A stretch of 64,000 nt of DNA from Lingula anatina (taxonomy: Eukaryota; Animalia; Brachiopoda): NCBI GenBank assembly GCA_051362555.1, contig CM120641.1, forward strand, positions 22,946,401-23,010,400, written 5' to 3'. The notes under the pieces were generated by a model that had not been told where the DNA came from, made no database searches, and was given only the letters and a program-made list of their open reading frames with translations. The first letter of the stretch is position 1, and every line of letters starts with the position of its first letter. A program made the position numbers and the translations under genes. This document shows, piece by piece, positions 14,070 to 27,279 of this stretch.

Positions 14070-15570
14070 AGCACAATACTGTACATTGTTGCTAACTACA
14101 AAATATGGGATGTGTTGGAAGCAGAAGTTGTAGATAAAAGAGAAAAGAAGCTGAATGGCACTGTAATGGAAAAAGAAGGGGTTGTCAAAGCTATGGATGT
14201 CCTGAAAAACAAAGGAATCAATGTAACAGAAGTTCTCACAGATGCCCAAGTTGCACACTTAGGCAAGTACATGCCATTTAGGTCTTACTTATATAATTAG
14301 AAAGCAAATTCATTATGTGAAATGTGAATACAGTACGTGTCATGTATGTGATTATTAAGTTACAAATTTTTGATATATATCCATTTAATTTAATGTAAAC
14401 TCAATATTCCAGGAAAAAGTTGACCTGGGATAAAACATTTATGGGTTATTTAGCATGGGGCAAAAAATCTTGGAAAGAAGAATCTGATATCACTGTGAGT
14501 AGATATGCATCGATCTAGCATGATCGACCCATCTCCGAGGGGATTCTGCCTAAGTTGCATTCAGATAAAGGACACAAAGTGACCTAGATGTCTGGCATGT
14601 CTACTGAAACAACTAAACAATTGTTAATTACTTCCTAACAGCTTCAGTAGGGGTGCCAGACATCAGAGCCACTTAAGCAGAGATAGGTCGATCCTGCTAG
14701 ATTGATCTAGGTATGGGAATGGGATCTAACACTGATCAGATATCAGTCTTTATTCAATCAAGGCAAAGTCTATAAAGAAAATTCATTTTTACTTCCAGTC
14801 AAAATGGAGAGGTGTTGTACCATCACATTCAAAATGAACATGAATCGTTTTTAGAGATGGTCGGGGGAAGCACATTGTCAGCATGAACCTATCCCACCAG
14901 AGGCTGAGAGGAACAAACCATGGCTAGAACCTGGGTCACATGCAGTTCCGGCACTGGTAGAAACTGTTCTTAACAAGAAGTTTCAAAACATCTTATCTCA
15001 GGTTATTAACACAGGTAATATACTTGTAGCAACATTAGCATATTATAGAGGATCCAAATGTAGTTTTTGCCTCATCACAAAGAACTTCTCCGGACCCATA
15101 ACTTGTTTAAGAAAATGTTTAAGGACTAGCTGCTGTTATCTTAACAAGATGACAAGATGGGAAGCTTTTTTTTAAAGAAAGTTCTATTTGTGTTTTCTTA
15201 GCTGTGTGCTGTTTTGTCTTTTATGTAGACTCTGTTAATACTGTGATGGATACTGTACCTATATATTAAAGTATGTTCTAATTTATGCTAAGAATCATTG
15301 TTAAACGACTAGGGTAGGAAAATTGCAGAACCTTGATTTATAAAAATCACTATATAAAGTTAAATCTATACAAATGTAGTAAGAGGCATTTTCAATTTTA
15401 TTGCAGACACAGGATCTAATGAAAACATCAATTCACATGTTTTGATGTATTGTTCAAAACGGAACTCTTTTAAACCACTTGCCTACACAGCTAGAAGCTA
15501 TCTGGTTGTGATGCACTACCAAGAGCACAAGGATAGGCAGGCAAGCATTAAAGTGGATGGCACATTCAGA
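14070..15570 (+). pseudogene. Decayed intron-containing DDE transposase, Kolobok-like
   Basis: Exon remnants: AQYCT..VLEAEVVDKRE..MEKEGVVKAMDVLKNKGINVTEVLTDAQ (14070-14263); HGAKNLGKK (~14413-14494); SKWRGVVHHIQNEHE..C.H..KPWLEPGS (14799-15014); TGSNENINSHVLMYCSKRNSF..YTARSYL (15407-15570). Motif order matches Kolobok-type transposases as I recall them; stops and frameshifts present. Confidence 0.65.
14509..14719. repeat. Foldback/MITE-like element, copy 2, in a transposase intron
   Basis: atctagcatgatcgacc / ggtcgatcctgctagat inverted pair; shares ggggattct, tagatgtctggca, gcttcagtagg and ggtatgggaa with 13250-13506. Confidence 0.55.
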
Positions 15571-16601
15571 TAGTGTTCATTCTGAAAGGGATTTCAGATC
15601 ATGATTGATTTCTTTATGATGCAAATTAAAAAAATGTACAGTATTCACTGCGATTTGATACAGTCTGATGTATTGAGAAATGGCTGTTCACTTCTTTTCT
15701 GAAATACTGTCAAGTGTTACATACTAAAATGTTTTAAATGAGATGTTCCCATGTTTCTTGAAAATATAAAGATATCATTACATTCCCACATTACAGTCTA
15801 ATGCAGTGACATTGGCCCATATGGCAGCATGGATGCAACTTGAGCCATGGGACCCAAGGAACCTCAGTCCAAATCCTGTTTAGTGATTATTATGTATGAC
15901 TTGCAATGCCCAATACAAGAAGATGTAACAAATAAGTTAAACTGTTTTGTAGTTTTGGTTTGTCATGTATGTAAGACCCCATTCCTATAGACACATCATC
16001 AGTCCATGTGGATCAACCCAGCTCTGCGGGGTCTCTCGCTAAGTGCAATCAGCTAAACAGATTGATATGCCTCCTCTTGTTTCCAACATACTCATATGAT
16101 ACATTTTGGACTGACAGCTAGAAGAAACCTCTGTATATTTTCAAAAAGATATTATGAAATTTCTATTTGCGTCAAATGAGAATCTTGTTCGTTTTATTGG
16201 ACCAGCTGGGCGCACAACACTAAGGCCCAAGAACCGACGCGTTATCCAACGTGACATTATCCTAACTTGAAGTCTGACTGACGAAGTCTGGGACTTAACA
16301 GATGACATCTCACCTCATTCATTTCAGCAATTTTTCCATTAGCTTATTACTGGTTACCCATTGGTATCGTTTCATTTTAATTAACAAAATTTCTTGAATT
16401 TTAGCTTTAATCTTCTGATATTCTATTGAATCCAATTAAAGATTGACGACAGAAAAACATTTCTGTGTTAATAGCAAGTTTGAAGTCTGAGCAGTTTCTC
16501 AAGCTTCTAAACAATTTCTTTGAGACCAAATCTGTATCAACAGAAAGGTTAACAGGAGACGTATTCTGCCCTGATGAAGTTAAACTGAATGACTCCTAAC
16601 C

Positions 16602-16660
16602 CAGTGGCGGATTTAGAGGGGGGGGTCAAGGGGGCCCTGACCCCCCCCCCCCTTCGAATT
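16602..16660 (+). mobile_element. Terminus of a hAT-type MITE
   Basis: cagtggcggatttagaggggggggtcaagggggccctgaccccc; resembles the CAGGGGCGGAT-type ends of the element at 56832-57165. Confidence 0.45.
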
Positions 16661-16699
16661 CTGGTCCTCCTCTTGAAATTATAATTTTGACTAGTTGAA

Positions 16700-17205
16700 T
16701 CATAGTTGTGAACCATACCAAATTCACAAAGTCAGTGCTACCCATCAGACAAGACATCTGATTTATCACATTCCCTGACCCTGAGAACATAGGTGTAGAC
16801 ACTTCATTTGTCATGTTTGCTTGCCTAGTTACAGAGATACAGAAGTAAAACGGTTTTTCAGTAATGGCAATCCTAATCTTGGAAAATTGCGTAAATCTAA
16901 TTCTAACAGAAACATCTTAATAATGTTCCTCGACCCTGAAAATATGGGTAAAGACACTTCATTTGTCATATTCGCCTGTCTAGTTCCAGAGATATTGCAG
17001 AAAATTGGAAATCTGGCGTCCATTTTTTTTTTTTTTTTTTTTTTTTTGCAAATTAGATTGTTAAAAACGCAAAATTTCGCTTGGGAACCGGGTTAATCGG
17101 ATTCAGCATCCCAAAATTATGCCAATAAGCCTGGTTCCCAACTTTTACCCCAAAATGCCCCTTGCTTCTTATGCAGAGCCTTTTTTCAAAAATCTCACTA
17201 GACTA
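16700..17205. mobile_element. Non-autonomous DNA-element fragment with ~155-bp internal duplication and a TAG-type terminus (possibly Academ-like)
   Basis: ttccctgaccctgagaacataggtgtagacacttcatttgtcat is repeated at ~16771 and ~16926; ends ctcactagacta. Confidence 0.4.
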
Positions 17206-18169
17206 TAATTAGGAATTGGTGATAATTATGCAGGTAAATGTTGTTTAATATTGCAAATACGTTTACAGAAGAAAAATAAATTGTGTAACGCCAACATTAA
17301 TGCTATAGATGAATAACAGTGCCTTATTCATATCATGTTAATATAGCAAGAATAAAAGTTTGAATAGCAGCTTTATTGGAATATTTTTGTTATGTTTTCT
17401 TTTTAATTTTTTTTTTCAAACACTGGCATTTCAACTCCCATCCACCTGAAGCTCTTCACTTTTTCTGTATTATTTCTGCTTTTTGTCTGACAGCTTTTCT
17501 GCCTTGTTATGATTATTTGTTGACTCTTTTTAATGAGACATTGATAGTATTTTATTATTAATTTAAAAATTACAAAAGGTAGTCTCTGCAACCACAAAAA
17601 TCACCGGTGCTGTTTGTTTCGGTATACTAGAAAGTTCACATGGTGACTATTTAACATGGTTATTATTGATTTATCGGTAGATCTGTACCTGTTAAACAAA
17701 TATATTTTAATTGACACGTCGCCCAGAGGCATTCACATACATGAATTGCACATATCTGCTTCACGGCCACGGCTACCGTCCTCTACAAATTGCGGGGGAG
17801 GGGGGCACGCATATAGTCCATATGATTTTGAAATACTGCAAGGCGGTCAAAAAAAAATACACCCCTATGTTATTGACTTAGTCAGACTTACTGACGATCA
17901 ATAAACTCTAGCCGCTATTGACAGCACATAAATCTTCGGCTGTAGTTCACAGAACAAATTGCCAGAATCAACAACAATAAATATTTCATTGGAATGACAT
18001 GCACTAATTCACTATTTTCCATTTCCGAGGGTCTAAGTTGAGAATGTCCTAAAGAATCTGCTGGCCTTGGAACGAATTTTAAATCCATTAGTTAAAATAG
18101 AGTCTGCTACGAAAAGACAAGTAGGCACATTCTAGATATACCAAAATTATATATCATTGAAATATATGT

Positions 18170-20309
18170 ATGGAGGCCGTTGCGACAGCAGAGGACGAGC
18201 TTGCATTTAAAAAGAATGATGTACTTAAGGTAAGTCCTAGTATTGATCAAGGAGGTAAACATACGAGAGATAGAATCCCTTGGTTTGATCGTGTGTACAT
18301 GCGATATTACTATCTATTAGGATAAAAGATAAGGTATGGATGGAGTTCGGTACAATGAAAAGAAAAGAATGATGCTCGTTTTGCTAGGTGCCAATCAAAA
18401 TCAGCATTTCTTGATCAGTGTTACATTAAATGCTGGTGACGAAGGACATTTGCAAGGCAGAGGCACTATGCAACCACTGAGAGCTCGGTGGCTAATAACA
18501 TTTCTCTTCGTGTCAGAAATCAAAGCAGCGTACCGTATGAATGTCTGCGTAAACTGACATTGCAGAATTCGGTAAAGGGTTGTTTTGTGGAGGGAAATTC
18601 TTCACTGCGAAAGAGAATTTTTAGATTGTAATACGGTATATTTTGCAAATAAAAATGTGTAATATGAAATAGGCCGATAGTTTGTTTAGAACTTGGAATG
18701 AGCCCCTTTTTTTTGAGGGGATAATGGCTTAACGCGCCTTTGTTCGTAAACCCATCGTTCACTTTTGAAAATGCATGATAAAAAGCAACTTATTCAAAGC
18801 AAATTAATAACATTTCAGATATTATGTATGAATGAGCAATACTGGTATAAAGCAGAATTAAACGGAAAGTAGGAATTGTCCCCAGCACTTCAGTTGAAAT
18901 GAGAGATTACGAGTAAGTGTTGCATTGCTCTTTTCAATATTATGCGTGTTTTGGGTTGGAGTCGATGACTGCATTGAGGTTTAAAGGCCAGCTAAAGGGA
19001 AAAGGTTAAATTGATAAATTCAACCTCCAATTCGCAGGAATCTGAAACATACGAGGGTTCACAGAAACCACTATTGTATTTGTTGATTATTATTACACTT
19101 ACCTCTGTCAAGGGGGTTATACTTTTGGCTTTGTACTGTAAGTTTGTTAGTCAACAGCCTAACTAAAAGGTTGTGGATGGATATTGATTAAATATTCAGG
19201 ATGGGTCAGAAATAGGCCAACTTGAAATCATTTGAGTGGTACTCAGTTATTTAATTAATCAACTATTTAATTAATTGGAAATTAGAATTGAACTGCACTA
19301 ACAGAGGTGTGCTCTCCGAGTGCTTTTTTAAGTTAATGATATTACGACATAAAAGAATCTTTCTGTCTAACGATGCATTTCGTAAAGTGTAGAAGGGTGC
19401 AATAGTTTCTTCTATTCAACTTTTTATTAACAAATCACACGGTTAAATAATTTGACGTCGGGCTTAGATTGTACTTGAAATTTAATTAAAGATTGATAAT
19501 CAACTTACACGTTTCAACATTTTATAAGGAAAAAAATGCCCCTTTTGTCAATTTTAATTATATTCACAATCTTTCTAATTACAGCTGGTTTTTTGGTCCA
19601 ATAAATCGTGAAAAAGCAGAAGAAATTTTACTTGAAAGAAAAGCAGATGGAACCTATTCTCAACCAGATGGTGCTTTCTTAGTAAGACATGATGAAAGTT
19701 CTGAAGGGAAATTCTCTGTTTTAGTCAAGTTAGTATACAGCATCATAAATCGTTTGTTTGATATGCCATCAAATTCAAATAGTATTTCTGAATCAATGAA
19801 TTAGCATTAACAAGGTACACTGTATCATACAGTCAAGCATGAGCATTTTATGTTTTGTTTCTAGATTTCTCTTATTATTTAGAATATATCTGCTCACATT
19901 TATACACATTAGGAAACGGCCAACGCTCTTTGTATCCTCTGCTCTGCACTCTGTCAAATATTTTCCCATAAACGCTCTGGTATGAGAATCGCAAGAAAAA
20001 TGTGCAAAAGAGCATTCGACATCACGCGCAGAACCAGTATCTTTGGGGAGCTACATTGTGCACGTTCTTGGCATTGAGAGAATTTGCCTGTAATACACTC
20101 GCGGTTTAATAATTTTTTTGTTGTTGTTTTTGTTTTTATCTTTTTGCAGATTGGGTGAGTCTGTCCAACAGTTTAAAGTGCTCTCAGATAACACGGGAAG
20201 ATATTCCATTTGGGGGAAGAAGTTTAACTCCTTGAATCAGGTTGTACAGCACCACAGAACTACCTCTGCCAGTACAACGCGGACAGTTCTCCTCAAAGAC
20301 ATGTTTTAG
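18170..20309 (+). pseudogene. GRB2-like: GRB2/Drk-like adaptor paralog: disrupted N-terminal SH3, intact SH2, no C-terminal SH3 (exons 18170-18229, 18819-18912, 19585-19728, 20150-20309)
   Basis: MEAVA---TAEDELAFKKNDVLK | ILCMNEQYWYKAELNGK | WFFGPINREKAEEILL..DGAFLVR..GKFSVLVK | LGESVQQFKVL..GRYSIWGKKFNSLNQVVQHHR..LLKDMF*. GT-AG introns fall at the GRB2 positions. Exon 1 is 6 codons short, and a 1-bp loss in exon 2 gives TAG at 18870. Confidence 0.85.
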
Positions 20310-20844
20310 AGTCCAAATTAAACTATTTTCATTCAGTACATTCACCCTTCTTTTTTGTTTTGAAAAGTCCTTACGAACTTCAGCACCATTATGTGCTACA
20401 TAGTTATTAGATTAACAAAATTATTACAGTTCTGTATGGATAGCTTGATATTTAATCTTATTATCTGCATGCTATGCATTTTATATTTTGTGTCAGCATA
20501 TTTTCCATTGTCATTACTGCATATAATCGATGGTCCGTCAATTTAACAGGACAGAAAAGCGCGCTGCCTTCTTCCTTTAGGCACAACTGCGAACAGAAAG
20601 AATTATTGTTCTGGTTATGCCGTTTGCTGGGTCCTACATGTACATTTTTCTTATTTAGAAAAATAAAGTAGCATTTTAAAAGATTCTTAAATAATTTTTT
20701 CATTTATAAAAATTGCAAATAAAAGCATCGTTTTCTGACTTTGTATGTATCATACGTCTACGGATTTATTTTATCGGGTGGGTAAAACAACGAAATTTTA
20801 AGTCTTTTCTTCTAAAACTACCCAGCGCAATAAAACCAAATTGT

Positions 20845-21879
20845 GACCGGCGGCCATCTTGGTTTTGAGGATCAAAAAGGCTAAGCACCAAGTATGTGTC
20901 CTTTACCTTTAATTAAGCCATTTTGGTCTCATACACTTGTTTAAAGGTCTTAAAGATGTTATGAAACATTTTGTACTAATTAGACTACATGACGTAAAGT
21001 TTATGTGATAACTTAATTAAGCCTACATGAATATTGATTTTGGAAGCTTAAAATAGTTTGTACTCACATTTTATGAAGCAGATAATAAGAAAAATGGATT
21101 CTACACCAGAAAAAAATAAAAAAACGGCGTATTTCTCATTTACAAAGATGTAATACATATAGTTTCAAAATGGCGAATTATGCTCAATTTCAAAATGGTT
21201 TCTGGCGGCCATCTTGGATTTCAGGGATAAAATGGCCACCAATGGCCTTCATAATGGTTAAAAAGAGTTTCTCACTCATAATTTAGTCCAATATCGATGG
21301 TTTATAACAAAAAATTGCATTGAAATATACTTGAAAACGGGTTATCAATACCCATGGTTTTGCAACTTCACACACATATATATATCTTGGTAGTCACTTA
21401 AAACACTCCTTGGCCCTTCTAATCACCTTCTTTCACCAAAGCAATATCAAAAATGACTTTTGCACCCCCAAAATAGTAGGAATCCATATATATCACGTTT
21501 ATATAGGTCAAACGCTTCAAAAATCAACATAAAATAGCAAAATTATGTCCACTTTCAAAATGGCGGATGGCGGCCATCTTGGATATGAAGCACAAAATGG
21601 CCGCCAATTGCTTCCTTCATGTCAAAAATGGGTTCTTTGTCCCTAGTTTAGTCAAGTTTGGTGATCTATGCGTGTTTTTAGGCCAAAAATTGATAGAAAT
21701 ATGAAAAATTGTATATTTTGGTAACTAATTTGCATAATTTATGCTAATATATGCATCGATATAGCGTGTCTCTTTGAATAAAAAATTTGCTTTGGCCCAA
21801 GTAACATTCATGCCAAGTTAGACATTTGTACTACAAAATGCAGTGTTTGGCCAATTTTTGGTCCTTAACAAGCCTACTA
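20845..21879. mobile_element. Non-autonomous DNA element with recurrent ggcggccatcttgg motifs and a TAG-type terminus
   Basis: ggcggccatcttgg at ~20848, ~21204 and ~21568 (~360-bp degenerate period); ends aacaagcctacta. Confidence 0.5.
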
Positions 21880-22208
21880 TAACACTGCAATATTCCATTG
21901 CGTACATTAATACACAACACAAATTTGACCTTCCTTACAGGCTGTTACAATGTAAATGCATTTTGAAAGTATATACTACAAAAGTACAATATACACAGGA
22001 TGGCCCTCAAGGGGCAAATAATTTTTTTCAAGGATATATTTTTTTAGATAAAATTGTAATTCAATACATGATGAGCTAACAACATGTATAAATATCTCAA
22101 TAAATATAGAGCAGTAGAGCCTATAAATCGAAACACACAATGAAAAATGAATGAGTTGCCATATGTAATAATGATGAAAAGGTTAAGTTCAAATCATATA
22201 ACAATGTC

Positions 22209-23231
22209 CTATATGTATCCCAAAGAGTCTCGTTTTTCTGCCTCAAGAGCTGTTCTCGCTTCGGTTGCTTTTCGCAGTTTCCTGCCCGTCAATTTCACAG
22301 CATCTATTATCTGCATTACCTTGGTGTAAGAACTGCCATCTCTGCCCTCCAGAAGGTTAGCGATTTCTTTGAGTGTTATCAAAAATGTCTCTATGTCCCC
22401 CTCGGTAAGGCAGCCGACGGTGGAGGAGGCCAAAGACAAACGGCCGTGCAGTAAACCAAGGAACTCGGAGCAGCCGTGTATTACCTGGATGAGATTTGTG
22501 GCCTGGAGCAGAGTTTGATGAAGTGCTTCATTTTCATGTTCGATTTTATGAATTTCTTCCTGCAGTTCATTATGTTGTTGTTTAAAGCGTGTTAAGTCTT
22601 TTTCCAGTGATGAGAGGTCGCTTTCGATTTTGCGCAGTCTCTCTTCATATGAGTTAATCTTACTCTTATACTCCCTCTCCATTTTATTGCAATGCTCTAT
22701 TGTTTCAGCTAGGTTTGTTATAGCAGCCGCAGTGATGTAACCCCCAACTACTCTTGTCAATATTCCGACCCCAGGCATTATCATGGCTGCTGTGCTGCCT
22801 ATGCCTACTATTACAGAACCTGCCTTTGCTACTTTGTACATGTTTTCTGCCTTAATTTTACTTTCTCTGGTAATAGTGAGCGACTTTTGAACGTCACGTA
22901 ATGCACATTCTTTTGAGTTTTTGTCGTCTTTCATTTGTTGCTGTCGACGTTCGTTTTCGGAAATTCTCTGCAATTTTTCCTCCTTTTCTTTCTTTAATTT
23001 GTTTAAGTCAACTAAAATGACTTCCATGCGCTTGTATGACTTGCTTTGAATCTCCTCAGTTTCTTCGCGCGATTTCTTGATAAAAACTTGGGCTTGTTCC
23101 AAGTTGGAAATAATGTCATCGGTGCTAGAAGATGGCTCTACGATAAGCCTGGAGACGTTACAGAGGTATTCCAAACCTTGGCGAAGACAGGGGTATACGT
23201 CTTCGACTCTGCAACCGTATTGCTGGTCCAT
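22209..23231 (-). CDS. 340-aa coiled-coil protein with a central Gly/Ala-rich hydrophobic segment; function unknown
   Basis: Uninterrupted 1023-nt ORF with higher GC than its flanks, accATGG start context, and an AG acceptor 15 nt upstream (ct at 23247-23248). E/K/Q-rich heptads flank VAKAGSVIVGIGSTAAMIMPGVGILTRVVGGYITAAAI. Confidence 0.85.
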   Translation of the reverse strand: MDQQYGCRVEDVYPCLRQGLEYLCNVSRLIVEPSSSTDDIISNLEQAQVFIKKSREETEEIQSKSYKRMEVILVDLNKLKKEKEEKLQRISENERRQQQMKDDKNSKECALRDVQKSLTITRESKIKAENMYKVAKAGSVIVGIGSTAAMIMPGVGILTRVVGGYITAAAITNLAETIEHCNKMEREYKSKINSYEERLRKIESDLSSLEKDLTRFKQQHNELQEEIHKIEHENEALHQTLLQATNLIQVIHGCSEFLGLLHGRLSLASSTVGCLTEGDIETFLITLKEIANLLEGRDGSSYTKVMQIIDAVKLTGRKLRKATEARTALEAEKRDSLGYI

Positions 23232-24305
23232 GGTTGACGATGGGTCCTAAAAAGTGAAAATTTTCTGTGTAGAGTCACCGCAAGAAAGACGTTCCCCTTG
23301 AAATTAAAAAAAGATTACTATAATTAGAAATAGGAGCCAGCATTAAACAATAACAAAATGGAAAATAAACAACGGAGAATAATTTAATTTTAGAACTGAA
23401 AACACTGACAAATTAATGCAAAACAATAAAATATGTATAAAATGTGAATTGACGCTCGATTCCGTTTTAAACTGTACCTTTCATTTATGATTATCAATTT
23501 ATGAAACAACTCCAAAGCCCAATATTCAGCAATGGTTTGTAAAGCCAAAATCAACCTGCCCTAACTGTCAGCTATCAACATCCCGATAGCTGTATTAGTA
23601 CATAAGATTTTCTCCGCCCACATGACTGACATGATGAGTCTCAAAAATTTACGGCGGGGATTATTTCACCTACAACGTGGAGGTAGAGGCAGCAGAGGAA
23701 TATTATGAGGAATTGGCTATAGAACCCTTTGGTTCGTAAGCTCTCTTTCTCTCTTCTTCTCTCTCGTAGTGGTAGATCTTACATATCAGCAAGGTTTGTT
23801 TGGTGTCACCGTCAGCATATGATACTAATTAATGACGTATATACCGTATCACCAGCGATGGGCTTGTCGAAGGAGATTAAAATCGTATGCCTTTCACAAT
23901 TTAGAGAAGTAACAAAAATATTCATATAGCCACAGTGGTGAGCGTAAACAATTGATTTATATCTATTAACTAACACTGTTTTTAGCATCGCTATACTAAA
24001 AGATTATCGAGTTCTGTTTGATCACATCATATTGGAGGATAAACATCAGGCATTAAAGTTTGCCTAAATCAATATCAGGATACATGTATGAATGTAAAAA
24101 TGATAACATATAAGCCTGTTTAGCACGTTTGGAAAAAAATTTGACATGTTTTGGCAATTCTTACCCCTGCGAGACTTTGTCTCATTTCACGTTCACTTAC
24201 AGTTCTCAATCTATTCTAGAACATTTGGTGAATTTAATTTATAATTTTTTTTACAGTTCTAATGTTGTTCTGTGATGACTGTAACTGTTCGAGAACCGTT
24301 TTTTA

Positions 24306-24921
24306 CCCCCGTCACACTAGAGGCGGAATGAGCAAGAATGCCGTCGGAAAGATATTTCTTTGTGCGTTCCTGGATATTCGAAGAGCATTCTAAAAATTCG
24401 GAATGCATTCCAAATACTTTTACCCATTCTTGTGGCCGGCCCGAATGTTTTGCTCATGTTAAAAACTTTCGAAGTGCATTCCAAGGGGAAAATTATCGAA
24501 TGGCATTTGAATAGTATTCTAACTGCGCTACGACTGCATTCCAAATATTCACACGTCGTTCCGACAGCATTCGAAACATTCTGATCACATTCGAGGGAGA
24601 ACCGAAATGGCAAGACACTTCAAATCCTGATAGAATGAGCCATAATTCAACTCGAATGCATCTCGATCCTATTTCAGCCAGCAATCGATCTAAACTCGTA
24701 CGGCATTCGAAGTGTATTCTGACTGCATTCTGGCAGCATTATAGATATTCCTAGTTTTCCAACTACATTCGAGCTGCATTTGAGAGCTAATACAGCCGAA
24801 ATGTGCCCGAATCTTTCCAGGCGGATTCAAGCGCATTCTGAGTATTCCAGTGGCATTCTTAAAAGAATGTAGGTGCTGGTTCTGCTTGATCACTGCTGAT
24901 TCCGAATAAGTGTGACGGGGG
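24306..24921. mobile_element. MITE with 13-bp TIR (PIF/Harbinger-like)
   Basis: cccccgtcacact ... agtgtgacggggg; interior rich in gcattc/gaatg motifs; T/A-rich flanks. Confidence 0.75.
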
Positions 24922-25035
24922 CTTTAGAAAAGGCCTTCAGAATGTTCTAGAACAGATTAAGAACATTTTCATCAAAAGAGAAAAACATCATGTTCTAGGA
25001 CAGATTGAAAACCGTAAGTGAGGGTTAAATGAGGC

Positions 25036-26910
25036 AAATTTTCGCAAGGGTTGTGTATAATCCGACACTCACCTCGTGCAGTCAGACCCTGTGTTCAACA
25101 GCCGTCGCCTGTGCTCAGATTGGTTGCGATCTGCAATTCTACAAAAATACAGTATTTGAATTTTCTTCAGTCACTAGGGAAATTTTACCTGTATTGGGGG
25201 CTTTTGTATTTACACAGTAGCTGTTCAAAAATTACGTTTCGCATTCTCTTTGCTTTGACATCAGGTTTACAACGGGAAATTTTCCTACAGAACGAATCCA
25301 CATTTTACGAATTTCCTGTGTACTTAGTATGTCACTATTAGCCTTTAGATCAGAACCATTACAGGACCCAGCTGTTAATCAAAATAAATTTCAATGTGTC
25401 ACGCCGTCCCGATTTGAGTCTAGATAACGCATGGACACTGTGGCAGTTACGCTGATTTATACCTCTGTCATTACACCATACATATCACTGTCTCCCAAAA
25501 TTAAGTGTTAAATTGAGCTAATAAATTATAATAAAAAATAACACTCAGTAACAGGAGCAAACTCAATATGTCACCCTGTCCTGATTTGAGTCCAGATAAC
25601 GCTGGTTTATACCTCTGATTTATACCTCTGTCAATACACCATACATATCACTGTCTCCCAAAAATAAGTGTTAAATTGAGCTAATAAATTATGATACAAA
25701 AGAAATAACACTCAGTAACAGGAGCAATCTCGAGAAAACATTTTTCTTAAATAGGGTGAAAATTATGAACGAATTTATAGATCACGACCAGTTACCATTC
25801 TGAGTCATGTGTAGGTGTATGATATAGAATGATTCACTATGAAAAACTTTGATTTGTCAAAAGAGAAAGCGAAAGAGAATTGGTATTTCCGACATGTTTT
25901 TCCCAATCAAAAGTCCCAGTTACTGAGTTGAAAAAAAAAAACTGTCGCTAATTTTGTGATTCATCATGTTAGTGAAAATAAATTATAATAAAAAAATCCC
26001 AGGCTACAAATCAATACTTGTCATCGTCTGATACAGGTGTATATAAGGACGTGTGGACAGCAGTAGCCTGTACACAGACTGCAGACACCAGTCTCGAGTG
26101 TACAACACTGTCGACCACAAGACACCTGAACGCTGATGTAATTTGCCAATGCCAATACACCATACATATCACATATCACCATACATATCACTGTTTCCCA
26201 AAAATAAATGTTAAATTGAGCTAATAATTATAATTGAAAAAAGAAATAACACGCATTAACAGGAGCAAACCTATTTTCTTAAACGGGGTGAAAATTATGA
26301 AGCTCTTACATTGTTTCTGAATGGAAAGTAACGCACGAACGGAGTGTTTGCCAATGATGATTTTAAGTACATAGAGGGACTCGATCAACGGTTCATATAG
26401 TAACCATCTTGAGCAATAGGCCCTTACTCCAGACAATCGGTAATTTAATTTTGTACATTTTAACATTGCAGAGTCTAATATCATGTATGTTTACGATTAT
26501 GGTGCATTTACTGCTAATGGCCAGACCTTTCCTGGACCCCTCCCCACTCTCAGCTAGAATACCAATATCTTCTGTATGGGATATAATTGATTCTCTATGA
26601 ATTATTTAATTATTTCCTGAAAGAGAAACGAGATAGAAAAAAAAAATGAAATTTTCAATGAGATTCATCAGTTACCGGTTACCGTTCGCAGGCGTGTGTA
26701 CATGTAGGTGTACACACGTATGGGATAGAATGAGTCACTATGAAAAACTTTGATATGTCGAAGGAGAAAACGAAAGAGAATTGGAATTTCCAACATGTTG
26801 AAAAAAACTGACTTTAAATTTGTGATTCATCATGTGAGTAAAAATAATATTAATAAAAATCACAGGCTAAAAATCAATTTTTGGCATCGTCTGATATAGG
26901 TGTATTTGGA
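25036..26910. repeat. Dispersed duplicated segment, copy A (homologous to 41581-42900), with internal partial duplications
   Basis: aaattttcgcaagggttgtg...cagaccctgtgttcaacagc, caccatacatatcactgtctcccaaaa and tcatcgtctgatacaggtgtatataaggacgtgtgg are shared with 41.6-42.9 kb. Confidence 0.85.
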
Positions 26911-27279
26911 TAGCAGTACCCTTTTGTAACAACAATGGTACATGTACTGTATATAGCATTAAAATTTCAACATGGCACCGATCTTGTGAGCATGCTTTCC
27001 GCTTAGAACACATATCTTATTTTGCTTTATATTCGTACATTTTGGAAAATGTAACACTTAACACATACAAAAATTATCAGGAAAAAGCACACTTAACTTC
27101 ACAGAGTTGGGAAAGCATGCTGCGACCCTGAATCGGTGGTCAAACAGCGATGACATAAATCGTCTTTCGTGAGTTACATGCCAAGGAGTAAGAGCTGGAT
27201 ATAGCTATAATTTAATAAGTCTCATTTATTACAGGATTCAAACTTCTACTGTGCATGTGCGAAAATGCGCTGTTCCTTT

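Noticed and set aside
15800-16050. Possible tRNA-derived SINE
   Set aside because: Box motifs are too degenerate and there is no second copy in the window.
19493-19804. Stand-alone 103-aa ORF
   Set aside because: It is exon 3 of the GRB2-like gene read through its flanking introns.
24317-24893. Several overlapping short ORFs
   Set aside because: They lie inside a MITE made of gcattc/gaatg motifs and show no protein features.
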